Below the pieces are notes generated by a model. That model searched no databases. It had not been told where the DNA came from and saw nothing but the letters and a program-made list of their open reading frames with translations. Made by a program: the position numbers and the translations under genes. A stretch of DNA of 64,000 nucleotides, from the NCBI GenBank assembly GCA_025594325.1, contig JANHCV010000004.1, forward strand, positions 1,922,001 to 1,986,000. The letters run 5' to 3'. The stretch's first letter is position 1. Every line of letters starts with the position of its first letter. Positions 45,047-58,300 of this stretch are shown one piece after another. The DNA comes from Blastocladiella emersonii ATCC 22665. Lineage: Eukaryota > Fungi > Blastocladiomycota.

Positions 45047-46932
45047 ATGCCCCCGAGCCCATCGCACGGCCCGCGCCGCGGCGCCTTCTTCCTGACCGAC
45101 GGCGACTCGGCGGACAGCGATTCCGCCTCCCCGTCATCGTCCTCGCCCGTCCCTGCACCGCCGACCACGGCCAACCGCTCGGGCCCCCGCATCTTCGTCC
45201 CCGCCCCGCTCCTCCACCGCCTTTTCCCGTCCGCCGATGACGAGAGCGACAACGAGATCACGGAGCGCACGCCCAAACGGCAGCGACGAGCCAGTCCCGT
45301 TGTCAGCGAGTCGATTGATCTGACCGCGGCCTCATCGGGCTCATCGGCGGCGTCGTCGTCGTCCTCGTTGCCGCGCGTCGTCTTCTCCTCTTCGCCATCG
45401 CGCACCGCCACCTCCAACACCGCACGCGGCGGCCCGCCAACACTCGCCATCACCACCTCGCCGCCCGCAGGCAACAGCAGCAGCAGCAGCAGCGGCAGCG
45501 CCACCTCGACGGTCCACGGGTCGCACCAGTCGCACATGTTCCTGTCCAGTTCATCGCCGGCCCGCCGCGCGCCCGTCGAGGTCATCGACCTGCTCGACTC
45601 CGACGACGAGGACGAGGATGACGACGTCGAGGTGCACGTCCGCACCTCCTCCACGGCCGCGTCGTCGAGCCCCGACATCCGCATGCGCAGCAGCAGCGGG
45701 GCCAGCGAGGTGGTCACGGTCCTCGACTCGGACGACGACGAGATCACGGTCGTCAGCAGCACCATCCGCCAGCCCACGCACACGCACCAGCAGCGGCAGC
45801 GACACGGCAACGTGCACCTGCTCGACTCGGACTCGGACTCGAGCGACGACAGCAACGAGGTGCGGTTCGTCGGCGCGCGCCAGGTCGAGCCGCGCGCACC
45901 CGTCCCGCCGCCCATCATGGCGCCGGGGCAGAACCTGTTCCAGGTGACGCAGGCGCTGCGCGACAACATCATGCAGGCTGCGCGCGCGCCGCCGGGCGGC
46001 GGGCCGAACTTTGCCGACCTGGCGCGCCAGCGCGTGCGGCACGAGGAGCAGCTGCGCGGCGAGGCGCAGCGTCGTCTGCGCGCCGAGCTCGACGCCGAGA
46101 CGCGCCGCGCGCAGGCCGCCGCGCAGCCCAACTTCCTGCAATTCGGTGTCGGCGGCAACGCGTGGCCCGGCCTGCCCACCTTCCTCGCGGGCGCCCGCGC
46201 CTACTTCGCGGCCGCGGCCAACCGCGCCGAGTTCGGGCTCAACTTCAACCTCGGGCGGCCCATGGGCGACTATATCCCCGACGATATGCTCGACGGCATG
46301 ACGTACGAGGAGATTGTCGAGCTCACGGACCGCGTCAGTAACCGCAGCGGCGCTGCTGCTGGTGGAGGTGGGGGCCGTGGTGACGCGCCTGCGCCGGGGA
46401 TGCGGCCCGCGGAGATCAGCCAGCTCCCCGAGACCGCGTACAAGAAGCCGCGGCCCGGTACGCCCGCCGCTGAGGCCGAGGACTGGTACGCCTTTCGCCT
46501 CCCTCGCTCTGCCCTGTCTTGAAACTGACACCCTCCGCCCCTCGTAGCTGCGCCATCTGCCAGGACGAGTACAAGGCGGGCGACAAGGTGCTCACGATTC
46601 CGGGGTGCAACCACTTCACCCACTCGACGTGCATCAAGCCGTGGCTGCAGCGCAACGCGACGTGCCCAATGTGTCGCGCCAGCGTCCGCGACGCCATTGC
46701 GCAGCACGCTGCCGCCGCCTCCTCGTCGTCATCAGCGCCGCGGAACCGGGCGACCTGGGCCGGACCCAGCGGGCCGCAGCACCCGCCGTTGCCGCCGCGC
46801 CGCTCGCAGGGCGCTGGTGCCGGTTCGGGGGCCAATGCCGCTGCTGCGGCAGCCGCGGCAGCGGCGGCATCCGCGGGCGCGGCGCGCCGTCGGCCGGCTG
46901 GCCGCGTCGAGGTCGTTGTGATTGACGACTGA
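45047..46932 (+). CDS. RING-H2 E3 ubiquitin ligase with multiple SUMO-interacting motifs (STUbL-like)
   Basis: Exons 45047-46485 and 46548-46932. RING-H2 CAICQDEY..CNHFTHSTCIKPWL..TCPMCR, preceded by MTYEEIVELTDRV. SIM-like VEVIDLLDSDDE, VVTVLDSDDD and VEVVVIDD. Confidence 0.85.
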
Positions 46933-47074
46933 ACCTCCCCTCGCTTTCGATCATCCCCCTTTGTGTGTGCTCCTCTCATATCCACCCGTTCTACTACTAC
47001 CACCTACTACACATGTTGCCTCCCGCCTCAGCCCTTCGCCGTCAAGTCGAAAACCCATCCCATTCTCCTCAGCA

Positions 47075-49798
47075 TCAATCCCCCTCGCGCACCATGAACA
47101 CCCTCCCCACCCCCGCCGCGAGCTCGCCCCACTTGACCTCCGGGTGCCTCGCCTCGCGGTACCCCGGCACGCACGCGGGACACACCATGGTCGCGTCCAT
47201 GGCCGTGATCAGGCCCGTGCTCGGCTCCACTTCGCCGCGCGCCGCCGCGCGCAGGTCTAGCGCGAACACGGTGCCGGGCGCAAGGTGGCATTGCGCGCAC
47301 GCGGGGAGCGAGGTGTGCGGGGTTGGGTTGGCGTCGGACAGGTCGAAGTCGGGGTCGGAGTCGGGGGAGGTGGAGGTTGAGGCGTATTGCAGGATCGCGT
47401 CGATGCTCGACGACGTCCATGCCGGTTGCGACGCGAGCGGGACGGGCTCGGCGGGGGCGGCGGCCGCGGTCTCGCCCGCGATGGTGGTGGGAGAAGCGGT
47501 GGCCGAGGCGGCCAAGGCGGCCGCGGCCTTGCGCTCCCGCGCGACGCGCGTGTAGTGGAATGCGGCGAGCTGGCGCAGCGACGGCGGGCGCGCGGGGAAC
47601 GCGCAGATCATGGGGACGTCTACAGACACGGCCGCCACGCGAGTGAGCGATGGCCACCACCCGCGTAGATGAGAGGGATGCGTACCGTGGCTCTTGACGA
47701 ACCGCTGCAGGACAAAGTGATGGAGAAACAAAATCTGGCGGTTGTTCCCCTGCAGCTCGCGGACGCCGTGGTACAGCGCCTGCAGCACGCCCTGCGCCGC
47801 GAGTTTGGCCTGGTCTTCGGCTACAGACGGCCGTGGTTAGTGGCCATCGTGGTGCGGGATCCGTGCAAAAACGTACGCCGGTCGCCGAGGTGCATGAGCG
47901 AGATAGCGCAGAACATGCGGAGCATCTCGATCCTTGTCATGGCCGAGTTCTGCGAGCCCACGACGACCTGGGCCGCGCTCGTCGGCGAGTTCGGGCGGAG
48001 GAGCGGCCGCGTATCCACCTCGCCCGCGCTCCCGTCAGCCTCGTCGCGCGCGTGGTCGTCGACAAACTCAAAGTCGTCGAGCTCATCCTCCACCCCCGCC
48101 GCCGCTGCCGCGTCCGCATCCTCGTCATCATCGGCGTCGCCGTCCGTGACGACGCCGTACCGCGTGGCGCTCGCGAGATCCTCGGCGAGGTTCGTCGACG
48201 TGGTCAGGTGGAGACGGCGGCCGGGCAGGTCGGCGAGCATGGTGTGCACGATGCGCGGGCCGATGCCCAGCGCGAGCAGGTGCCGGCGAACCCGGTCGGT
48301 GCGCGCCAGGACCGACCACAGGAACATGACGGTGGTCTGGAACGATTCGTCCCACCGGTACTCGTCGGACATGCGCAGGAAGGAGGGGAGCGCGCGGATC
48401 AGGGCGTCTTGGATTGGGTCGGATGGGATCTCTGCTGTATGGGCGGTGTGGTCAGCGAGGGGAGGGATGGAGGGTGAGCGATGGGCGTACCCGAATGGAG
48501 CAGCTGCGACAGCGCGAAAAAGGCCGAGATCAGGACAGCCTTGCGGTGCGCGAACCGGGTGAAGATGGCGAGGATGCGCTGGACGAGCCGGTCGTCGGCC
48601 GGCGACGTGTCTAGCAGGCGGTGGTGCATCAGCCATCGGAGCGTCGACTCCACCCGCGAACCACGGACGTACCGTTGGCGAAAAAGTTGCCGAGCGAGCT
48701 GAGCGCGGCGCACAGGACCGTCTCCTCGAACGGGTGCGCGTCGATGCACCGGACGATCGTGTCGACGGTATCCCTGAGCCGCGACCCATCCACGCGGCTA
48801 ACAGCAGCGAGGACGTGAAGCCCATGGACAACGAGCTCACGCGGTCCCGCGGCCGCGGCCGCGACGTGGTCGGCGATCAGGTTCTGCACGACGAGGTGGC
48901 CCTTGGCCGCGACAATGGCCTGGACGTGGTCGACGCCGTAGCACGTCAGGTTCGACAGCGCCGCGAGCAGCTCGACGAGCGCCGTCGGGTGGCCGCGCAG
49001 CGTGGCGATGCGGGAGACGAGCAGCGCGGGGAGACCGTGGTCGAGCATCGGCGCGCGGTTCGGCTCGATCAGGGCCAGGTTCGCCAGCGCCGCGAACAGG
49101 TGCACCACGGCGTCGACGGCCGCGGGCGACGACGCGCCGCGCACCGCGTCGCACAGCAGCGACACGGCGTTGCGCTGGCTCAGGTACGTGCAGTTGGCCT
49201 CGGACCGCGAGAAGACGCGCAGCGTGCGCGCGACGATGGCGAGGCTGGCGGCGTGGGCGGGCGACGGCGGCGGCGGGGCCTTCTTCGAGTCACCGTCCGC
49301 CGGCGCCAGCGCGGCGAGCGTCGTCGCGCACAGGTCCAGGATCGACGCGATCGTCTGCGAGGTCCCGCCCTCGAACTTGTCGCGGCTCTCCGTGTACCGG
49401 GCCATGTCGAGGTACCGCTTCAGGAACGCGTCTATGTACACGTCGCTGTCGATGGCGACGGCGCCGCCGATCACGTCAGCCGGGCTATCGGGCGACGATG
49501 GCGAGGCTGCCGAGAGGTCCTCGGCGATGCCCGGCCGCGACGACTGCAGCTGCTGCACGTGGCGGCCGAGCACCTTGCGCAGGCAGAAGAGGAGCGTCGG
49601 GACGCACGCGGGCGACACGACGAGCTGGTCGACCGACTCGACGGGCCGCACGGGCGTCGTTGGAGCGGACGCGAAGCCCACGGCGCTGTCGGGCGAGGAC
49701 TCACGGGCAGCGGCGTCACGCGGCAGCGGCAGCGGGAGCGCGGTCGCTGGCGCAGGGTCGGTCGCGATGGCGAGCGGTGATGGCTGGTCCGGCCGCAT
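47075..49798 (-). CDS. Armadillo-repeat protein with a C-terminal Cys-rich tail, multi-exon
   Basis: ORFs 48629-49798, 47821-48840 and 47075-47788 are linkable by GTACG..AG introns. ARM-like units LFAALANLAL and LLAALSNLTC; tail PPSLRQLAAFHY...CAQC...CPAC. Confidence 0.65.
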
Positions 49799-50115
49799 CG
49801 CGTAGTAGAGTCAAGTTAGGTTCGGTGTTGCATCCAAGTCGGGGGTTCGGTTGCGGGAGGTTGCGAGCGTTCGCGCGGACTTCATCAAGTCTCGGCCAGG
49901 GAGTTCCGTGCGCGCGGGAGACGGCGTGTGACCAGCGCCGCGACGCGTCGTTCATCTTCGTGCTCGCGCTGAAAAGTGAAACGGGTCGCGTTCGTCTCCC
50001 CGTAACGTGATCGCTTTTTCGCTCGGAACGACTCCCAACCCGCCCGCCCTATCACCACCGCTCATGTTATACTCTGTCTCCATGTAGACTCGATGCAACT
50101 TATTGATCCCAAACC

Positions 50116-51384
50116 ATGGCAGCCGCTGCAACCGCCGTCCAACCGCCCGTGTTCCCGATCGCGCTCGATGCTCCGATCTCGCTTGGCGGCAACGGCAATG
50201 CGCTCCCGACCGCTGTGTCGATGGTGAATGTGAAAGGGTCACCAGATGACCACGCCAAGGCCAGCAAACCCGCCGCGGCGACGACATGGAGCGACATGGA
50301 CCTCAGCCGCTACCTCGTCTACGGCAGCGGCTTCGTGTTCCTCGTCGACTCGCTCATGTATCCGTTCGAGGTCCTGCGGACTCGGATGCAGGCCGACAAC
50401 GTATGCGCTACCCCCAACTTCCCCTCCGCGCTCGCTAACCACCTCCCCGACCCGCGCAGATCACGCACCAGCGCGGGATCGTGTCCATGGTCCGCCGCAT
50501 CATCCGCCAGGACGGCTGGCTGCGCCTGTACCGCGGCATCGTGCCGACCGTGTGCGGCAGCTTCCCGGCCCAGTCCATGTACTACGTCGCCTACGAGGCC
50601 GGCCACTACAAGCTCGAGCAGGCCGCCTTCAAGTGGACCAACGGCGCTCCGCTGAGCCCGTTCCAGGGTACTGACCGCACTGCCTCACCTTGACCCGTTA
50701 CCCGCCCGATCGCTCACCCCAAACCGTGTAGACTTTCTCTGCCACTCCTTCGCTGGCCTGTCCGCCGAATGCGCGTCGGCGTGCTTCTACCTGCCCGCGG
50801 ACATGGTATCGCAGCGGCTGCAGACGCAGCCGCGCTTCTCTTTCTTCCACGCGGCCTTTGACTACCGCGGCGCACGCGACGTGGTCCGCACTATCTACGC
50901 GACGCAGGGGATCCGCGGGTTCTACTGCGGCCTCGTCCCGCACCTGCTCGCCTACGCGCCGTCGGGGTTCGTGTACTGGGGCGTCTACGAGCTCACCAAG
51001 AAGCAGATCCCGAAGCGTGTTGCGGGGGTCGATTCGACGCTCATCAATGCGTACGTCTGCTCGCTCACCCCGCTCCGTCGCTCAACACTGACTCCGTCCT
51101 GCGCGTGAAGCGTCTCGGCCTCAATCGCAGGCGGCGCCGCCGTCGTCGTGTCCAACCCGTTCGACGTGCTGCGCACGCGCGTGCAGACGTACCAGACGAC
51201 ATCGGCGACGACCCCGAGCATCGCGCAACTCGCGCGGTACGTGTGGCGGCACGAGGGGTGGACTGGGTTCGCCAAGGGGATGCGGCCGCGCCTGTTTGTC
51301 GCGATCCCTGGGTCAATGGTCGCGCTAACCGGGTACGAGGCCATCAAGTCGTGGTCGCGCGAGGGCAAGGAGGACGGAGAGTAG
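50116..51384 (+). CDS. Mitochondrial carrier (SLC25), SLC25A44-like
   Basis: Exons 50116-50400, 50460-50667, 50732-51050 and 51111-51384. Three Px(D/E)xx(R/K)x(R/K) signatures: YPFEVLRTR, LPADMVSQRL and NPFDVLRTR. Confidence 0.9.
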
Positions 51385-51592
51385 AGGAGAACGATGGGAG
51401 TGTGTATGAATATAGAACCTGTGTACAGTCTAGACGAGCGAGTACTAGCGTGGGGATCGTTGAGCGGGTACTGCGAAAAAGTCAGGTATATTTTGCGAGT
51501 CGAGTCGAGTCGAGGGTCATGATACTGAGAAACGAATGGCCACGGCCGTCTATACCTATCCAACACCGCACCACGCGACCGGCCGGCCGGCA

Positions 51593-52711
51593 TCATGGCC
51601 GCCGCACCGTGGTCATGAGCATGGCCTTGATCCGCTTCCACCCGTGCTTGGCCTTCTTGAGCTGCACCACCTTGACTGCCGCCCACTTTGACGAGGGCGA
51701 TGTGGGCGACCGTGCCGGACTCGCCACCGTGGCCTGGTCGAGCGGCGTCAGTCCTGGCCGCCCGCGGTCCTCGCTCTTGAGCAGCACCGCGATGGCGGCA
51801 AACTCGTCGCCGTCCGAGTCGTACAGCGCCTTGGCCAGGACCGCCGGCGCGTGGAACGGGAACACGTTCGCCAGGCGCTGCATGGCGCCGTCGTCGAGCG
51901 GCGGCGGGTCCGGGATGTCCTTGCGCTGCACGCGTGGCGCCGCCGCGGCGGGCTCGGACGCCGGGCGGGGGTGGTGGTGGAGCGGGGTGGAGGGGAGCGA
52001 GATGGCGGCGCGTGGCGGCGTCGACGGAGCGACGGTTACGGCATGGCGGATCGGCTCATCGACTGTCGCGCCGACGTCGAGCGGGTCCCCACACTCGTCA
52101 ATGGCGCGGTCGTGCGCGCGTTTCGACGCGCCTCGCTTGGCGGGCGACGGCGGCGGGTTGGTGGCGACCTGCAGGAACACGGACATCGGGTCGGCCTCGT
52201 CGGCGACGTAGCTCGAGTCGGTGCGCATCTCGGCAAACGAGGGTTTCGCCGCCGTGGCGGGATCGTGAAGAGAGTCGGCTACACGTTGCGCGGATGTGAG
52301 CGGGGGTCACGGCGACGGTCGCGCGCGGACACGTACTCGACGCGGACGCGAGGTACGCCTGCTTCTTGCACCAGGCGGGGAGCGCCGACCGCTCGCGCTG
52401 GATGTCGTCGAGCTTCTCGCCTACACGTTACTCGGCAGCCATGAGTCGCCCATCCCTCAAGTATTTCGCAACCAGCGCGTCGTACGGTAACACTCGGCAA
52501 TCCGGCGCGCGCGGCCCGCCTCGAACTCGCGGCGCTGCTGGAGCCGGCACGTTTCCATGACGCGCGTCACGATCACCGAGTCGCGCACGCGCGCGGGCAC
52601 CGACAGCGTCGAGCGCAGCGACAGCGCCGTGGACATGTCGGACATTTGCGACTGCACGCCGAACGAGCGCTCGCCGAAGCCCGCGCCGCCGCGCGAGGGG
52701 GATAGATACAT
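51593..52711 (-). CDS. Hypothetical protein with a possible CUE/UBA-like domain
   Basis: Two plausible phase-1 GT..AG introns join ORF 52457-53122 (from M at 52711) to ORF 51593-52228. QRLANVFPFHAPAVLAKALYDSDGDEFAAIAVLL resembles CUE (FP...L...AI.LL). Confidence 0.45.
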
Positions 52712-53204
52712 GGTGGTGGTGGTGGTTGCGGGTTTGGGTGTAGATGATTCAAGTCGATCGTGGGAGGAGAGCAGGGAGCCGAGGAGGGCAACTGGAGAAG
52801 CGCGCGCGAGCGGCCTTGACTCCGTGTAGAACCACGTTTCCGCGTTGCTGGGGGCCTCGCCCCAGCGCCAGCAATGCGAACACTCGGGCACGCACGCGTC
52901 GTGTGCAACGGTCAGCGTTGTGCCGTGCGGCGTGCCGGTGGAGACATTTTCACGACGCGTCGAGTGGGCCGCCGCGCGCGAGACGCGAGGCGCGAGACAC
53001 GCGCGATCGCGGTGGCGCGGGCGCCGGGTGATCTCATGTGACGCGAGGTTTTGAGTTTCCACTCCGCCGTGTGTGGCTGCGCGCTGGCCGCCGTGCTGCT
53101 GGCCGCTGCCGACCATCACCATGCAAGACGACGACGTCGCCAGGTCCTTGTCCGTTCTCTAGTCGCACTCGACGCAACGTAACGCTCCGCACACCGACAC
53201 CACC

Positions 53205-53712
53205 ATGGCCCTCCTCGACTCGTTCGTCAACCGCCCCAACAAGGTCCCCGAGCTCCAGCGCGCGTACCAGGTGCGGCTCTCGCTGTCCTCGGCGCCCGCG
53301 TGTGGCGGGATGGAGGGGCAGGGATCCGGCTGCTGCGCTGTCATCGGACATGGCGTGGGATGTGAGTTGGAGGTCGGCACTCGCGGTCGCAGGCGGCGGC
53401 GGTCGCATGAATGATCGCCCAGCTTGCCGCGGCTGCGCCACGCCGACCTCGAACCCGTACCACACCCATAGCCGGACGGGTCACGGACCCTGCCCTTCTT
53501 GTCGCTGGCCACCGCTCCGTCCCTCTCGGATGCACTAACGTCTCTCCCATCGTCCCCTCCAGGCGCCCTCGTCGCACTTCATCTACGCCCGCTCGCCCAA
53601 GGACCGCTTCTGGCTGTCCGTGTACGGCGTCGCCTCGGCTGCCGGCCTCGCCTACTGCCTGTACGGCCTCGTCGGCATGACCGTCGGCCACGGCAAGAAG
53701 CCCGGCTTCTAA
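53205..53712 (+). CDS. COX7: Cytochrome c oxidase subunit VII/VIIa (Cox7)
   Basis: Exons 53205-53270 and 53563-53712 give MALLDSFVNRPNKVPELQRAYQAPSSHFIYARSPKDRFWLSVYGVASAAGLAYCLYGLVGMTVGHGKKPGF: a small single-TM protein with the NKVPExQ motif. Confidence 0.75.
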
Positions 53713-54127
53713 GCTGCTGCTGCTACCCGCAACAACTACCTTTGGTTCTCCTTCATCTTCCCCCCTATTCAGCGTGCCACCTGGACCTGTCGATTGTCGC
53801 AAATACACGTCAAAAAACATGCACCCCCCGTGGCCCGCCGCTGCCCGCTCGTAAGCGCCCGTCCACAGCTCGCGCCCTCTCTCCGTCGAGTTCTCGCCGT
53901 CGTCGAGACCCGCCCTGCTCCCCCTCCCTCGCCTACTGCTTGTATTCTGTTAATCTATCTCATTAATGCGGATTGCGCCGATTTCAACCGAGACTTCGAG
54001 AAGGACCGCAAACGCGAGCGGAGAGCAGCGGCACACGTTTTGACCGCCGCGCTCGTGTGGCGATCGATCCCTCCTCTCTCTCTCCCCTCGCCGCCCTACG
54101 CTCGGCGCTTCATGCAATAAATACACC

Positions 54128-56057
54128 ATGCCATCGCCATCCAGACGACCCGCGGCCGCCCGCGCCAACGAAACCGGCGGCGTGATCCGCGCCGAGACCT
54201 TTGACGAGGCCGTCAAGCTGACGACCGCCGCCGCCGCCAAGCGCGCGTCGACGGCGCCCGCCAAGGCGGCCAAGGAGGCCGAGACCGCGTCGCGCTTCGG
54301 CGCCGCCGTGTCGGGCGCGGGGTACATGTTCGTGCTGCAGGTCTTCTCGAAGCTCGTCACCTTCACGTGCAACCAGCTGGTCCTGCGCAAGGTGTCGCCG
54401 CAGATCTTCGGCGTCGCGTCGATCCAGCTCGAGCTGCTCGTCAGCACCCTGCTCTTCTTCGCGCGCGAGCCGCTGCGCCTCGCCGCGCTGCGCGTGCCCG
54501 TCGTCGGGGTCAAGGGCAACGCGGACCTCGCGCAGCTGCAGTCGATCGTCAACCTTGCGTGGATCGCGCCCGCGGTCGGCGCGCCGCTCGCTGCGCTGCT
54601 CGCCGCGTACTATATCCGGTACCTCCCCGTCCCCGAGCTCGCAGCGTGGTACTCGACGAGCGTCGTCATGTACGCGGCGGGCGCGTGGCTCGATCTCATG
54701 GCTGAGCCCTTCTTCACCGTGCACTACTCGCTGCTGTTCCTCAAGACGCGCGCTATCATCGAGGGGCTCGCGCTCACGGCGTCGTGCGGCACGGCTTTCT
54801 ACCTCAGCTGGTGGCACGGCGAGTCCATGGGCCTCCTCGCCTTTGCGTACGCGCGGATCGCGTTCGGCGCGACGTACTTTGGCGCGTTCGTCGCGGCGTT
54901 TGTCTGGCACAGCGTCAAGAGCGAAGGCGCGATCCCGCTCGCGATCGTGGTGCCCAAGCCGGTCACGGTCACGATCAAGGAGAAGTACGTCTGCTTGACG
55001 TGATCATGACGCCGAAGCGAAGCTCACCCGGCGCAACCGCGTGTGTAGGACGCAGACGCGGTTCTTCGACACGCAGCTGCTGGGCGTGGCGTGGTCGTTC
55101 CTGACGCAGTCGCTGCTCAAGCACGTTTTGACCGAGGGCGACAAGTTTGTCCTGTCGCAGTTCTACACGCCGTACCACCAGGGCGTGTACGCGGTCATCT
55201 TCAACTACGGCTCGATCGTGACGCGCATCGTGCTGCTGCCGCTCGAGGACGCGGCGCGCCTCATCTTCACGCGGCTGCGCCGCGACGAGTACTCGACCAC
55301 GGCGCGCAACCTGCTCGAGCTCGCCACCAAGTTCCACGTGTTCCTCGGCGCCCTGTGCGTCGCCATCGGCACCCACTACACGGACACGCTCCTGTCGCTT
55401 CTCGTCGGCGCGCAGTGGGGCAGCACCGCCGACGGCATGGGCGGCGCGCCCGCGGCGCTCGCTGCATACTGCTGGCTGATCCCGGTCCTCGGCATCAACG
55501 GGATCACCGAGGCCTTCGTCACCAGCGTCGCGACCCCCGCCGACGTGCGCGAGCAGAGCGCCGCGTTCGTCGCGGCTGCCGCCGTCTTTGCCGGCGTCGC
55601 GTACCTTGTGTACCCGTGGGGCGCCGCGGGTTTGTTCATTGCCAACGCCGTGCACCTCCTCGTCCGCATCGCGTGGTCGCAGTGGTTCATTGACCGCACG
55701 CTCGGCCCGCTGTCCCCGCAGGAGCTCCTCGCGCGACTCCGCGCGGGTCACGGCGGCTGGGACGCGTGGCTCCCCGTCCGCCCGGTGCTGCACACGCTCG
55801 CTCTCAGCTGGCTCGTCACGCGGTGGAGCCGCAACGCGTTCATCACGGACCCCAACGCGCCAGTGTACCCGACGGCGCATCTCGCGGTCGGCGTCGGGTG
55901 CGGCGTGCTGTGTCTGTTCACCGTGTACGTTTGAAAGGTCCTTGTCGTGTGAGAGGAGCCAGACTGACCATCGACATCGATGATGCTGTGTAGGTTCCGC
56001 AAGGACCACGAGTTCGCGATGCGCCTCTGGCGCCTGCGCAAGGGGCAGGTTGAGTAA
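54128..56057 (+). CDS. RFT1: Man5GlcNAc2-PP-dolichol translocation protein RFT1
   Basis: Exons 54128-54984, 55049-55924 and 55994-56057. Motifs SKLVTFTCNQLVLR, QLELLVSTLLFFAREPLRLAALR, KHVLTEGDK, NYGSIVTRIVLLPLED and GINGITEAF. Confidence 0.95.
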
Positions 56058-56270
56058 TGCGCGTCGTGATCGCAACGTGGATAGCAGCTTGTAATAACAA
56101 CCACTCTTCTTGTGTCTCCTGGTCTGGATCGATCCAGCGGGTCGAGGTCGTTGTCGGCGGAGAAGTTCGTGGCCAGGGCCGTCGACCTGCAAAGCCAGCG
56201 CTCGTCGCCGCGCTCATCCCCGCCCCCGCTCTCCGTCACCGCCCCGCCCTCGCACGGCAACCCACCAACC

Positions 56271-57299
56271 ATGGAGCAACTTGATGCAACGAATGAAAAA
56301 CTAGAGCCGCTAGAGGAAACTCTCGCCGCCGAGTGCGAGTGCGCCGCCAAGTGTCCGCCGGCCCTCCGCTGCTTCCAGCGCATTGCCGTCACCGGCGACC
56401 AGTCGGACGTCCGCATCGTGGTCTGCGGCAAGTCTTACGCCCTGCACCGCGTCATGCTCGCCCAAAGCCCCTTCTTCCGCGCGCTTCTCAGCGACGACTG
56501 GCACGCGCCCGTCGATAACTGCGCGGTTCGCGTTGACTTTTCGCTCTCATCCTCGGCTGGCGACGACGTCGACGACACGGAGGACGAAACCAGTCTCGCG
56601 CGCACGCTCTACGCTTGGGAGACGGCGATTGTCGCCATATACGGCGCGTGCCCCAAGATTATGGCTTCGCGCATGTCAAACACCAACCTCATGGACCTCT
56701 TGGAGGCGGCGCTCTACTTTGGTACGCTTATTCGGCTTTGATGTTACTCGTACCATGTGTTTTGCTTAACAGCCATACCGATTAGACCTACCGCAGCTCG
56801 TTGACACCTGTTGTGACTGGTTCAAAGTGCGGCTTGCGAACTGCGCGGCGACTGATGGACCGCCGTCCGAGACCTTCTCTCGAAACTTGCTGCTCGCATG
56901 TTGGCCCTTTGCGATCGGGGCACCATTCCGAAGAACGTGCAGGAGCTATCTACGTGGGTTTTTAATTACCTTGCAGCGCTAGGACCGCACCCAGTTACAC
57001 GCTCGATACTTGAGCATTGCCTCCCGGAACAAGTCAAACGCACCGCCCTGTCGCAGCACTTCTGGTTCCCCTCTGAGTATGCGCTATTCGAGTTCCTCGC
57101 CGGTCTGGACTTTCCTCCGGACGAGGTTCTGCGCGCGGTCAACTTCTGCAACATGGCCGACGAGGAGCTGTTCCGTGTGCTCTCTGCGCCGCTCGCGGTC
57201 AATAATCCAAGCTTTGGGCGGGCGTCCGAGCGGCGGCGTTTGCTGCCACCGAGCTTCGCGCTTCGATCCTTGCGGCCAAGCCCGAGGATGAGAGGTTAG
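56271..57299 (+). pseudogene. BTB/POZ-domain gene with an apparent frameshift (pseudogene or assembly error)
   Basis: BTB motif SDVRIVVCGKSYALHRVMLAQSPFFRALL. After the intron (56723 to about 56785) the DLPQLVDTCCDWF frame switches to the 56898 frame at a CTCT run near 56878. Confidence 0.55.
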
Positions 57300-58217
57300 T
57301 CCGGCCAGGCCACCCCGACTCGCCAGTTATCGACGCCGAATCCGCGCTTGAAGAGGAGGAGGAGCGGTCTTGCTTTCACCAGCGCAGGTGACTGCAAGCG
57401 GATACTGGAGGTTCGCACGAGAGATGACTCGCGCCGGCCCCGCCCGCGGCCCGTGAAGTGGGGACGTGAGACGCGTCGAACAATCATGTGACCGCGCGGA
57501 GACGCGTTTTTCGACCTTCCGCGCGCGCCGAAGCGGCGTTAGCAGTTGACCGGGTGATCGCGAAGGCACACCGCACATCTTTGCCACCTTGCGCATCGTG
57601 GTCAGGCCCTTGTTTCACGGCGCGTGAACATCACAACGACGCGCTCTCTCGATTTTCGTGAGGTCCTTGCTAGGCCGCCGCGTGCCGCTCACTCCGCTAC
57701 CCCCGGACACTCTGCAACCTGAGCGTAGCTGCAGAGGCGCCGCTCGCGACGAACTGAACTTGTTGCACGCAGGGGAGGGATGCCGTCAGCGTTTTGCGAC
57801 CCTTCGATTCGCGCCTCGACACAGGCTCGGGACGTGGTCGACATCATGGGAAGCCGTAAGCCATCGTGACGCACACGGCTTGTACTGAAAAATTTTCTCC
57901 ATGTCATCGGAGCCTCGGGCGCGGGGAGACGCGGAGAGGCGTGGGATGGAATCCCGACCCGATCCGCGGACGTGTTCGATCAGCGGCTTGATCAGCGCGG
58001 AAGCCACCAGCCACGTCAGCCCACGTCACCGTGACGCGCCACCCGCACGCGCACACGCTGCTCGTCGCTTCCGCACCGCTCCGCTCCCTTCCATTTGCCG
58101 GCAAAGGGGCCTGACTCATAGTGCGTCGAAACAGCGAGCTTATTCCGCCCGCTTCGGCGCGCGCGTTCGCTCGCCGCCGCCACCCGAGCTCCCTTGCCCC
58201 GGCGCCGCCCGCCAGAC

Positions 58218-58223
58218 TATAAA
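58218..58223 (+). promoter_or_regulatory. TATA box upstream of the USP gene
   Basis: TATAAA about 80 bp upstream of ATG 58301. Confidence 0.55.
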
Positions 58224-58300
58224 GAGGGCGGGCCCCCCGCGCATCTCTGTCGACGGACATCAACGTATCAACAACCAACCAACCAACCAACGCATCAACC

